Positions 29,414 to 38,303 of a stretch of DNA of 64,000 nt are shown piece by piece. Every line of letters begins with the position of its first letter. Position 1 is the stretch's first letter. This DNA is from a virus. Taxonomy: Duplodnaviria > Caudoviricetes. The notes beneath the pieces were generated by a model. The model did no database searches and was not told the DNA's origin. It was given only the letters and a program-made list of their open reading frames with translations. The stretch spans positions 20,465 through 84,464 of IMG/VR virus record IMGVR_UViG_3300025015_000022; one strand, given 5' to 3'. Both the position numbers and the translations under genes were made by a program.

Positions 29414-30373
29414 ATGGACGCTCAGACCTACAACGCGAAGCAGGCCGGCGCCGTCTGGAAGGTCGAGGATCTTCCGTGGTGGCTGCGCAGCCTCACCCCT
29501 TCCGGGCTCCAGTTTGCCAAGGAGGTGAGGCGCTTCCAGGCGGCGCACGGCTTGTTCCCGCAGGACGGGAAGCTTGGTCCGGCGACGTGGGCAGCGGTGC
29601 GGGAGGTGGAGCGTCTGCGTGTGGGTGTGGCTGGGGACTTCGGGCCGACGCACCTGGCGAACACGGAGATCGTGGCTTCGGCGCGTGAGGAGCGCACGCG
29701 GCGGGTCAATGTGGCCGGCGTGGGGATTCACACCACGGGCTGCGGCATCTACAACGCGGCGGTGCAGCACGGGTGGACGGGAGAAGCGGGGTTGGAGCGC
29801 GTGCTGCGCAACCTGCTGTCTGCGCCGTTGAGCTACGTGAGCCACGCGTACGTGCTGCCGAGTGGCAAGACGCTGTTGGCGGTCCCGGTGGACGAGTGCG
29901 CGGTGCACGGGGCGATCTCGCCGTACCGCGACCTGTACGCCAGGGGCTTCGACGTCTGGCGATGGTGGCGTGGGACGACGCCGACGGACTTGCGCAAGCA
30001 CACGCAGGAGCATCGGTACGACGACTGGAAGGCGCTGGCGGACCGGTACGGGTGGGTGAGTCCCTTCGACGTGTGCGCCGACCCCAACAACCTGCTGTGG
30101 GCGTTCGACCTGGTGCCGGTGATTGCTGAGGGCCGCGAGGTATTCAGCGCGGCGCAGTTCCAGCGGGCGGCCGAACTGCTGGCGTGGGCTGGCGAGGCGT
30201 TCGGACTGAAGCTGGGGATGGAGACCGTCCACCTTCATTGCGAGTGGTCGCCTATTACAAGATGGCACTGGGACCCTGGCGCCAACTGGAGCCGGAAGCG
30301 CGTGGGCGCGCTGCTCCGGGGCATTGCTGGGCACGAGGGCGAGTACCTCGGCGACGACGACGTGGAGGCGTGA
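29414..30373 (+). CDS. endolysin: peptidoglycan-binding domain plus amidase_2-like domain
   Basis: VRRFQAAHGL..QDGKLGPATW; GIHTTG, SHAYV, HLHCEWSP..R..WDPG. Confidence 0.75.
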   Translation: MDAQTYNAKQAGAVWKVEDLPWWLRSLTPSGLQFAKEVRRFQAAHGLFPQDGKLGPATWAAVREVERLRVGVAGDFGPTHLANTEIVASAREERTRRVNVAGVGIHTTGCGIYNAAVQHGWTGEAGLERVLRNLLSAPLSYVSHAYVLPSGKTLLAVPVDECAVHGAISPYRDLYARGFDVWRWWRGTTPTDLRKHTQEHRYDDWKALADRYGWVSPFDVCADPNNLLWAFDLVPVIAEGREVFSAAQFQRAAELLAWAGEAFGLKLGMETVHLHCEWSPITRWHWDPGANWSRKRVGALLRGIAGHEGEYLGDDDVEA

Positions 30374-30807
30374 TGCAGCGTAGGACGGCGGCGATCGGCG
30401 CTGGGGTCGTACTCGTGCTCATCGTGGGATGTATGGGTGCGACGGCGCTCGCGAACGGCGCCGCGACGGCCACCGACCCGAACACGTGGACGGCCATGAA
30501 CGCGATCGTCAACGCTGCAAGCCTCATTGGCGGCGTGCTGGCGTCGGTCGTGGCGTGGGTCGTGCGATCGATCAACATGCGGCTCAAGCGGATGAACGAG
30601 TTGCTGGAGGCGTGGGGCGACTGGCAGCGCGAGCACTACGAGGCCACGCGGGCGAACGTGACGCTGCTGGCCACGAAGCAGAACGGCCACGAGGTAGCGT
30701 GTGTGGGCGAGCATGGCCCGATGGCTGGGCGTCCGTCAGTGCCAGAGGTTCCGATGTTCGACTGGCCGGCGCCCCCGCGGCGCAGGTCGAATGACCAAAC
30801 GTTCTGA
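30373..30807 (+). CDS. holin/antiholin-like membrane protein
   Basis: Two hydrophobic segments plus coiled-coil; start overlaps the endolysin stop. Confidence 0.5.
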   Translation: MQRRTAAIGAGVVLVLIVGCMGATALANGAATATDPNTWTAMNAIVNAASLIGGVLASVVAWVVRSINMRLKRMNELLEAWGDWQREHYEATRANVTLLATKQNGHEVACVGEHGPMAGRPSVPEVPMFDWPAPPRRRSNDQTF

Positions 30808-30818
30808 GGAGGATCGAC

Positions 30819-31382
30819 ATGAACTTCAAGGCGGTTGCGCAACTCGTGGCCCTGGTGCTGTACCTGGGCGCGTGGTGGGTCAAGAAGGCGTTCGGCTGGG
30901 ACGTGCAGCCCTCGGTGCTCGTGGCGGTGGGCGGGATGCTCGTGACGTTCATCATGCACGCGCCGGCCATGACCGGGAAGTGGGCACCGACGATCGCGAA
31001 GGTGCTGGGCGTGGCGTTCGCCTGTGTCGCGGTGGCGTTCACGGTGGCACCCGTCGAGACGGCTGGGGCGTTGAAGCTCTCGGACCAGATCGCGGCAACC
31101 GAGGTGATCGTCAACCCGACCCCTGCGGAGCCCGACGCCAGCAACGAGGCGGCCCCGTCCGTCGCTCCAGACGTCATTGGCGGTATCTCCGAGGCCACCG
31201 ACGCCCCCGAGACGCTCCTGGCGCATCCTGACGCTTCGCCTGCCACCGTTCCAGCGGTTCCCCCCGTTCTCACCACCGACATCATCGGCGCCAAGCCCGT
31301 GACCGATACCGATCCTGTGATCGATCCCAAGACCAACGAACCCTCCGGTGCGGGGCAGGGCCTCGACACCGCGGGCCAGTGA
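30819..31382 (+). CDS. multi-TM protein with acidic Pro-rich tail (holin- or spanin-like)
   Basis: Three hydrophobic helices, then Asp/Glu/Pro/Thr-rich C-terminus. Confidence 0.5.
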   Translation: MNFKAVAQLVALVLYLGAWWVKKAFGWDVQPSVLVAVGGMLVTFIMHAPAMTGKWAPTIAKVLGVAFACVAVAFTVAPVETAGALKLSDQIAATEVIVNPTPAEPDASNEAAPSVAPDVIGGISEATDAPETLLAHPDASPATVPAVPPVLTTDIIGAKPVTDTDPVIDPKTNEPSGAGQGLDTAGQ

Positions 31383-31395
31383 GAAGGAGGAACCC

Positions 31396-31878
31396 ATGTC
31401 GACCCCCACCCGCAGCGACGGCGAGCGCCATCCCAACGTCGCGAACTTCGAGCTGGGCATCGGCGGCCCAGGCATCCCCGACGGCAAGGGCGGATTCCTG
31501 CCGGGAACCCTGACGCCGATCTCCGTCAGCGGTCTGGAGACGTCTCTCGTGACGTTCGAGACCACCGACGGCAAGGCGCACTCGGGCGGACGCATCAAGA
31601 GCGCCGAGGTGTCGCTGGAGTTCTACGCCAACGACCCCATCCAGATGGGCATCCTGCTCGCGTGGTGGCTGGCGTCGAAGATGGGGCTTCCCGGACACAA
31701 CCCGCCGGGGATCCTCACTGTCCGCGGGACCGACGAGAAGGTGCTGGCGACGTGGGAGGTCGAGCGCATGTTCCTCACCAGCCCGCCGAACCCGCCCAGC
31801 CTCGACCGTGGCTCCCCCGCGGCGGCGAAGATCGCGGTCAAGGCCAGCGCGTACAACTGCGTCTACATCCCCGGGTAG
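31396..31878 (+). CDS. tail tube protein (T4 gp19-like)
   Basis: ISVSGLETSLVTF..., ILTVRGTDEKVLATWEVERMFL; 160 aa; upstream of chaperone and TMP. Confidence 0.75.
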   Translation: MSTPTRSDGERHPNVANFELGIGGPGIPDGKGGFLPGTLTPISVSGLETSLVTFETTDGKAHSGGRIKSAEVSLEFYANDPIQMGILLAWWLASKMGLPGHNPPGILTVRGTDEKVLATWEVERMFLTSPPNPPSLDRGSPAAAKIAVKASAYNCVYIPG

Positions 31879-31908
31879 TACCGGGCGAGAGCGGAGAGGG
31901 GTAATCCC

Positions 31909-32763
31909 ATGACCGGAACGAACGGAGCGCAGGAACCCAAACTCACGCGGGGCACACTCGCGGAGATGGGCCAGCGTCTTCCCCACGGGCGAAAGCTCGG
32001 CGACGAGTGCAGGCAGGACTTCGAGTTGAAGCCCGCGTCGACTCGGGTGGAGATCGCTGTCGGTGACGTCAGGGCCAACCGGGAGCACGTCGGAAACTCC
32101 AACCGAATGCTGGTCTACGCGCTGAAGGAATGCCTCGCGTCGGTGGGGGGGCGAACAATCGAAGAGATCGCCAAGCCCGGAGGCGACATCGTCGTGCCCA
32201 CCATCGCGGGGTTGCCGTTCGTCGACATCATCACGATGCTGTACTACCGGCAGTGGAAGCAGCGAAAGCGCGTGGTCTTCACTGCGGAGACGAACACCTG
32301 CCCGAGGTGCAGGCATCCGATCCCGGCAGGAACGGAGTTGGACCTTGGCGACATGGTCGTCTACTACCACGAGCCGTGGAGTACCCCGCCGACGATCACC
32401 GTAGAGATCGAGCCACAGAAGATCCCGGGACTCGGTGAGGTGAAGTCGCTGACCCTCAAAGTCCCGGCGTGGATGGAGTCGCATTTCACGCTGAGCGACC
32501 AGGACATGCGGAACGACACGCGGCAGAAGCTGGCCATCGTGGAGGGCGCCGTCTGTGGCACCGACACGAGGCCTGTCGAGGCGTTCGTTCGACCGCCCAA
32601 GGGCTACATGATTGACCTTCCCCCGGACACCATAGACTCGCTCGTGGTCGACGTGTTCGGGCTTTCCGGGGGCCCTGTCCCCATGCTGCCTGCCAAGTGC
32701 GGACGCGATGGCTGCTCGGGTGCCGTTGACGTCCCTTTTTCGTGGCGGGAGACGATCTCGTAG
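31909..32763 (+). CDS. tail assembly chaperone
   Basis: Between tube and TMP; CPRC and KCGRDGC motifs. Confidence 0.65.
   Translation: MTGTNGAQEPKLTRGTLAEMGQRLPHGRKLGDECRQDFELKPASTRVEIAVGDVRANREHVGNSNRMLVYALKECLASVGGRTIEEIAKPGGDIVVPTIAGLPFVDIITMLYYRQWKQRKRVVFTAETNTCPRCRHPIPAGTELDLGDMVVYYHEPWSTPPTITVEIEPQKIPGLGEVKSLTLKVPAWMESHFTLSDQDMRNDTRQKLAIVEGAVCGTDTRPVEAFVRPPKGYMIDLPPDTIDSLVVDVFGLSGGPVPMLPAKCGRDGCSGAVDVPFSWRETIS
32733..32739 (+). other. programmed -1 frameshift slippery heptamer C CCT TTT
   Basis: X XXY YYZ pattern in the chaperone frame; -1 frame open to 32960. Confidence 0.65.
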
Positions 32764-32960
32764 ACTGCATGGGCGGGCACACGTTCTCTGACTTGTACGA
32801 GCACCTCCTGGACTGGATTCTACGAGCACGGCGGGGAGGTGTGACGTTGTCCGACCTGCTGGATATGCCGCTGTGGCAGGTGGAGCAGATCATGGATTCG
32901 ATCCGGGGGAATGAGCAGCGCGTGCGGGATTGGGTGAAGAACCACCCGAACGGAGAGTGA
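32742..32960 (+). CDS. C-terminal extension of the tail chaperone (GT-like) in the -1 frame
   Basis: ORF overlaps the chaperone 3' end in the -1 frame; VTLSDLLDMPLWQVEQI is typical of T-segments. Confidence 0.65.
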   Translation: MAGDDLVDCMGGHTFSDLYEHLLDWILRARRGGVTLSDLLDMPLWQVEQIMDSIRGNEQRVRDWVKNHPNGE

Positions 32961-32961
32961 G

Positions 32962-35043
32962 ATGGGCGCGACAAGCGAGCAGTTCGACCTATGGGTTGCG
33001 CTCCGGCTGAAGGACCAGGGCCTGAAGGCGGGGATGGCCCAGGCCGGGGTTGCAGCCAAGGGAACCCGGCAGGAAGTCGACGGTCTCGGGAAGTCCATCG
33101 TCTCGACATCTGGCTCCATGCTGAAGATGGTGGGCGCTCTCTCGGGCGTCTCCGGGCTGGTCGGGCTGGTCGCGAAGGGCACACGGGAATTCACCAAACT
33201 TGAAGACGGCTTGGCGAAGGTCGACACGCTGCTCGCAGAGGGCCAGAATGCTGCGATCATGTACGGCGACGCCATGGAGTCGATATCCGTACGCTTCGGG
33301 ACGGACATCAGCGTGGTCACGACGGGGCTGTACCAGGCGATCTCCGCGTCGGTGGACACGAGGCAGGCGCTTGATTTCATGACCGTGGCTGGCAAGACGG
33401 CCATCGGCGGTCTCACCGACACGGCCACAGCGGTCGACGGGTTGACGAACGTAATCAATGCCTACGGGCTGGGCACCGAGAGGGCGACGCATGTAGCCGA
33501 CGTGTTCGCGCTGGCGCAGAAGCGGGGCAAGACGACCATCGGCGAGATGGCTGCGGTGATCGGGCAGATTGCGCCGCTGGCCGCGTCGATGGGCGTGTCG
33601 TTCGAGTCCGTTGGGGCTGCGCTAGCCACTGCCACGAAGCAAGGCATCAACATCGCATCGGCTACGACCTCTCTCAGGATGGTGATCGCTTCGATCGTGA
33701 AGCCCCCCGAGGAAGCAAAGAAGGTGTTGAAGGAACTTGGGATCGAGTGGGGCGCGCAGACGCTGAAGACGAAGGGCCTGGCTGGGTCGCTGAAATACCT
33801 GAAAGAGGGACTCGGCGGTAACACCGAGATGATGTCCAAGGTGCTCGGAAGCGTCGAGGCGTTGAATATCGCGCTGGCGCTGACCAGCGATCGGGGCATG
33901 AAGGACTTCGTTGAGATCCAAGACGAGATGGTCACGAAGTCGGGTGAGATCGAGGTGGCGTTCGGGAAGATGGAGGCAACGACGGGGCACAAGATCCGGT
34001 CGATGGAGCAGGCGTTCAACCGGGCGAGTCGGCAGATCGGCGTGGCGTTCTTCGACGCGATCGGGCTGAAGAGCGGCGACTTCGAGAAGAACGTTGTTGG
34101 GATGGCCGATCAGATCGGGAAGGCCGTCGGAACGCTGGCGAAGAACATCGGGTTGCTGGTGGACGTAAGCGAGCGACTGTTTTTAATCTGGGGCGCGGCG
34201 AAGCTGTCAGGCGCTGCCAGGGCGTATCTCGGGAGCATCGGCGCTGCGGCGGCAGTGAGCGGTGCCGCCGGGGGGGTGGGTACTACTGGAACCGCTGCAA
34301 CCTTCGACGCGAATACAAGGACCTCTGCGATGGCAGCGCCAGCAGTGACGCAGGGGCTCGGTGTACGTGCTGCCGGTTTTGCCTCGAAGGCGATCGGCGT
34401 GGCCGCCGGGATTGGCATCACCTACGAAGTGGCGAGCATCATCGCTGGCGTAATCGAGACGGGTAGTATCCAGAACGCAGAGAACGAGCGCGCATTGTCG
34501 ACGTCGCGGTTGACCGTGGACCAAGCACGGATGGCGGTGTCGAAAAAGGGTGGTGGCGTAGAAGGTACGCGTGAGTTTGCGATGTACATGGCGTTGAAGG
34601 AGATCGACTACCAGCGTGCACAGGTATCCGCTGGCGCAGGTGTTCTCACCCGCGCGGATTTGTTGACCGAGTTCGACCGCGGCGCCGGAGAGCGTCTCAC
34701 GAAACTGACCGACAAGTATTTTCAAGATTACGGTGCGCTGATGGACAAACCGGCCGGCGCGTTTTCTGGACTGCTATCCGCCGGTGATCGGATCGCCGGG
34801 TCGTTCAAGAACCTGGGAATGACGCTCAGGATGCAACTCGACCACACCATTACGGACAAGACAAAGAAGCCCGTCGACCACAATTCATCCGTCCGCGCTC
34901 GTGTCGACCGTGGCGAGGGCCAGGCGCGGCTCGTCTCCCCCGAGTACCGCATGACCCTGGTTCGCGAGGGCGCTGGCGGGCTGGTGACGCAGCCCCTGCA
35001 AGACGACGTGATCGATCTCACCATGCTGGACGCACGGAGGTAG
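32962..35043 (+). CDS. tape measure protein (TP901-type core)
   Basis: GLYQAISASVD, AGKTAIGGLTDTATAVDGLTNVINAYG, ADVFALAQKRGKTTIGEMA. Confidence 0.9.
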   Translation: MGATSEQFDLWVALRLKDQGLKAGMAQAGVAAKGTRQEVDGLGKSIVSTSGSMLKMVGALSGVSGLVGLVAKGTREFTKLEDGLAKVDTLLAEGQNAAIMYGDAMESISVRFGTDISVVTTGLYQAISASVDTRQALDFMTVAGKTAIGGLTDTATAVDGLTNVINAYGLGTERATHVADVFALAQKRGKTTIGEMAAVIGQIAPLAASMGVSFESVGAALATATKQGINIASATTSLRMVIASIVKPPEEAKKVLKELGIEWGAQTLKTKGLAGSLKYLKEGLGGNTEMMSKVLGSVEALNIALALTSDRGMKDFVEIQDEMVTKSGEIEVAFGKMEATTGHKIRSMEQAFNRASRQIGVAFFDAIGLKSGDFEKNVVGMADQIGKAVGTLAKNIGLLVDVSERLFLIWGAAKLSGAARAYLGSIGAAAAVSGAAGGVGTTGTAATFDANTRTSAMAAPAVTQGLGVRAAGFASKAIGVAAGIGITYEVASIIAGVIETGSIQNAENERALSTSRLTVDQARMAVSKKGGGVEGTREFAMYMALKEIDYQRAQVSAGAGVLTRADLLTEFDRGAGERLTKLTDKYFQDYGALMDKPAGAFSGLLSAGDRIAGSFKNLGMTLRMQLDHTITDKTKKPVDHNSSVRARVDRGEGQARLVSPEYRMTLVREGAGGLVTQPLQDDVIDLTMLDARR

Positions 35044-35046
35044 GCC

Positions 35047-35913
35047 ATGAGCGTCGCTCCGATCGCCGGGATGGGTCTGGGGGTTCTGCAGCGCACGGGA
35101 GCCTTGGACAAGATCATGTCCAAACTGGGCTTCCGCCCGGACGTGTGGACGCTGCAGGTCGACGGCGCCGACTTCATCCGCGGGGCCGGTGCCTTCGAGA
35201 ACGCCGTGGTCTCGCAGACGCCCCCCGACAACATCGCCTGGACGCTCTCGGGGCAGACCACCCGCCGGAAGATGGTGGGGGACTACGCCCCGCCGACGAT
35301 GGCCGCCGGTGGAGACCCGGAGACCTGCACCTTCGGCGCACTGTTCGTGGCGGGCCACGCGTACGAGGATCTCGAGCCCCTGCGGCTGGCGTTGGAAGCG
35401 TTCTGGAAGAAGGACGCGAACCTCGGCAGGCGGCCGGTGTGCCTGTTCTCGTACGGCAAGCGAACGTTCCGCTGCTACTTGTCCAACCTGGGCACCAAGA
35501 CGCCGCACGGGCATTGGGAGGCCTCGGGGAACCCCATTGCGTACCAGTTCGACATCACGCTCGAAGCCGCGAACCACCGGTCGCTGGATAGGACGACCCC
35601 GGGGGAGCGCGAGCGGGAGACGATGTACTGGACGCTCCGTGCCAGCGAGACGCCGGAGTTGGTGGCCTGGCGCGTCTACGGGGACGCGAGCCTCGGCGTG
35701 AGGGTGCGGCAGTTGAACGCCGACCTGTACCCGTCTCCTGCAGTGGGAGACAGGCTCAGGCTGTTGGACCGCACGCACTCGGATATGCAGGGGGCGATCA
35801 AGCCGCGGGCCGTTCCGTTCGGCACGTCGGCAGGGGTTGCGCGGTTCGAAGCGATCGCGCAGGCACGGCTCGAAGAGGAAGCGATCGCGGTGCCCGGGGT
35901 GACCTACACGTGA
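35047..35913 (+). CDS. tail tube initiator-like protein with C-terminal LysM-like motif
   Basis: RRPVCLFSYG; WTLRASETPELVAWRVYGD...RQLN. Confidence 0.65.
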   Translation: MSVAPIAGMGLGVLQRTGALDKIMSKLGFRPDVWTLQVDGADFIRGAGAFENAVVSQTPPDNIAWTLSGQTTRRKMVGDYAPPTMAAGGDPETCTFGALFVAGHAYEDLEPLRLALEAFWKKDANLGRRPVCLFSYGKRTFRCYLSNLGTKTPHGHWEASGNPIAYQFDITLEAANHRSLDRTTPGERERETMYWTLRASETPELVAWRVYGDASLGVRVRQLNADLYPSPAVGDRLRLLDRTHSDMQGAIKPRAVPFGTSAGVARFEAIAQARLEEEAIAVPGVTYT

Positions 35914-35914
35914 G

Positions 35915-37318
35915 GTGGCGGTGAGGAACCAGAACGAAGACGCCGAGTGCCCGGTCTACCGCCTGAGCGTGGACGGTACGCTGCTCGGCGACGACCTGCT
36001 GTCGGCGCTGCAGCCCTTCAGCCTGCATCGGACGTTCGACGGGGCCTCGCAACTCACGCTGTCCTTCGACTGCGTCGACCCCGACACGATGGACTACCGG
36101 ATCGTCAACGAGGCGATGTTCCTGCCCGGTGCTGAAGTGAGCCTGTGGGCTGGCTACGGCGGGACGTTGATGCACCAGGGCTACTTCAGGATCAAGAGCC
36201 GCCTGCCGAAGTACCGACCGGACGGCGTGACGATGGACGTCGAGGCCTTCGACGCCTTGGACGAGTTCATCGCGGACCAGAACGGCCGGCTGGTGCAGGG
36301 CGTCTCGACACACGCAGACGCGATCAAGGAGGTTTTGGACCGCGACTACCCGCAGATGGGCTATTTGCTGATGCCGTCGAAGGCCAAGAAGGGCGACCGC
36401 TTCAAGGAGGTGCTGACCTCGGATCTGCTGTGGCTGAAGCACATGGCCATCGCGGACGGCTACGCATATCCGCAGGTCTGGAGCGACGAGCAGCTCATGG
36501 TGATTGAGGCCGACGCCCGGGAGCGCCTGGGTGACGAGCCGTTCGCAGGGTGCCACCGGAAGCAGCGGCGGAACAACCTGGTGTACCTGCCGCTCTCGAC
36601 CGCCTACGGGCTGATCGAACCCGTGACCCTGTGGTATTCGCTGAAGGGCGAGAGCGATTGGGAGTCGGGGCCCGACATCGTGGAGTCCACGTCGGGAATG
36701 CCCACGGCTCTGGAGGTCTACGGCTGGAGCAACCGCCTCGGAACCCGGGCGCTCGTGCGGGCCATCGTGGAGTACGCATCGGGGGTTCCGCGGCTGGTTG
36801 AAATCACTGACGACTGGCAGGGCGACAAGTGGGCGCGTGAGCAGGGCATCAAGGCAGAGATCAAGAGCGGGGCTGCGCTGAAGTTCTACGCGTTGGGCGA
36901 GGGCACGCAGGACGTGGAGTCTGGGAAGAACAAGACGCGCAACCAGAAGGGCGTGCTGGTCGCAGGGGAAGCGCACCGGGCGGCGCGTGAGGTGCTCTCC
37001 GCTGGGGCTTTGGTGCACACCGAGGAAGACGTCGTTGACTTCGCCATGCGGTGGTTTCTCCAGCGAGCGGCAGGCTACCTGGGTGGCCAGGGGGCGATCT
37101 CCAACGTCCCAGGCGCGGAGTTGTTCGGGCCCAACCAGATCCATCGCATTCGCGGGGTCGTCCCCCAGCACGAGGGCCTGTACGTGTGGAAGACCGCGAG
37201 CCACACGTGGGGGGAAGACCGACACGAGGTGCAGATGAGCTTCCAGAAGTTGGTCGAAGAGAAGGACTTGACGACCAACGGGGCCGCACCCACGAAGCAG
37301 ATTCGAGAGGTGGCATGA
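35915..37318 (+). CDS. baseplate hub protein (gpD/gp27-like)
   Basis: VSLWAGYGG, TSDLLWLKHMA, GPNQIHRIRGV...GLYVWKTASHTW. Confidence 0.75.
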   Translation: MAVRNQNEDAECPVYRLSVDGTLLGDDLLSALQPFSLHRTFDGASQLTLSFDCVDPDTMDYRIVNEAMFLPGAEVSLWAGYGGTLMHQGYFRIKSRLPKYRPDGVTMDVEAFDALDEFIADQNGRLVQGVSTHADAIKEVLDRDYPQMGYLLMPSKAKKGDRFKEVLTSDLLWLKHMAIADGYAYPQVWSDEQLMVIEADARERLGDEPFAGCHRKQRRNNLVYLPLSTAYGLIEPVTLWYSLKGESDWESGPDIVESTSGMPTALEVYGWSNRLGTRALVRAIVEYASGVPRLVEITDDWQGDKWAREQGIKAEIKSGAALKFYALGEGTQDVESGKNKTRNQKGVLVAGEAHRAAREVLSAGALVHTEEDVVDFAMRWFLQRAAGYLGGQGAISNVPGAELFGPNQIHRIRGVVPQHEGLYVWKTASHTWGEDRHEVQMSFQKLVEEKDLTTNGAAPTKQIREVA

Positions 37319-37935
37319 AGATCACGGCTGTGCACCGCGCGACGATAGCCGACGACACGCACCGTGACGAGGCTGGGGTGCTGGTGCTGGACGGCGCGGT
37401 GAAGCTGTCGGCGCAGACCTACTCTGGACCGAGCCGTGAGGGGTGGCCGGAGCACGTGATCGGATGGATCTCGCCTGCGATGGGGCAGGTGTTGCAGGTG
37501 CCCGCGGTGGGGTCGGACGTGCTGTTGCTGCAGTTCGACGGCGGCGAGCTTCGGTGGGCGAACATCGGGCTCGACCGACCGCTGGCGAGTTGGTTCACGC
37601 TGAGCATGACGGCGATCGCTTCGAAGGGCGGGGCGACGCAGTTGGTGCTCGACGAAGAGGGCGTCAAGGCCGGCGCGTTCGATGCGAGCGACCCGGTGGC
37701 ACTGTGGCCCGGGACGAAGGGCTACGTGAACGACGAGATCGGGACGCCTTACAATGGGCACACGCACCAGGTCCCGGTTGCCGCGTTGGCTGCAGCGCTG
37801 GCGATCTATTTCGTGGAGATCGCCCCGCCGCCTGCGCCTCCCGTCCCGCCCGTGACGATTCCGACCGCCGGCCCACTTCCGCAGATCGTAGCAGCGGACG
37901 CAGAGGGCGCGGCCACCAAGATGAAGGCGGTGTAG
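37315..37935 (+). CDS. baseplate spike (gpV-like)
   Basis: LQVPAVGSDVLLLQFDGG; C-terminal YNGHTHQV metal-binding tip. Confidence 0.75.
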   Translation: MKITAVHRATIADDTHRDEAGVLVLDGAVKLSAQTYSGPSREGWPEHVIGWISPAMGQVLQVPAVGSDVLLLQFDGGELRWANIGLDRPLASWFTLSMTAIASKGGATQLVLDEEGVKAGAFDASDPVALWPGTKGYVNDEIGTPYNGHTHQVPVAALAAALAIYFVEIAPPPAPPVPPVTIPTAGPLPQIVAADAEGAATKMKAV

Positions 37936-37937
37936 CG

Positions 37938-38303
37938 ATGGCGCAGACCATGCGATGGCCACCCCAGCGAACCCCCCAGGGCGGCGTGGCGCTGACCTCG
38001 ACACCCGCCGAGGCAACGGAGCAGTCCATCATGCTCATGCTCACCCCCGGGATCTCGGCGCACCCCTGGGAGCGGCAGGACGGGATCGGCTACGAGAGCG
38101 GGGTTTACGAGGTGATGTCCAACGACCTGAGCCCCGAGGAACGCGACCGGGTAGCGCGGACGTTCCAAGCGATGGAGCGCGAGCGCCGGGCCAAGCTGGT
38201 GTCCGCGGCGGTGAGTACGGGCGAGAGCGGCGAAGGCAAGCGGCGGCTGGTCGTGGAGTACCTCGACCTGGAGACCTCGACGAAGCACGTGGTGGAGGCG
38301 TAG
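37938..38303 (+). CDS. baseplate wedge/sheath initiator (gp25-like)
   Basis: QSIMLMLTPG..., MERERRAKLV, LVVEY; 121 aa between spike and J-like gene. Confidence 0.7.
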   Translation: MAQTMRWPPQRTPQGGVALTSTPAEATEQSIMLMLTPGISAHPWERQDGIGYESGVYEVMSNDLSPEERDRVARTFQAMERERRAKLVSAAVSTGESGEGKRRLVVEYLDLETSTKHVVEA

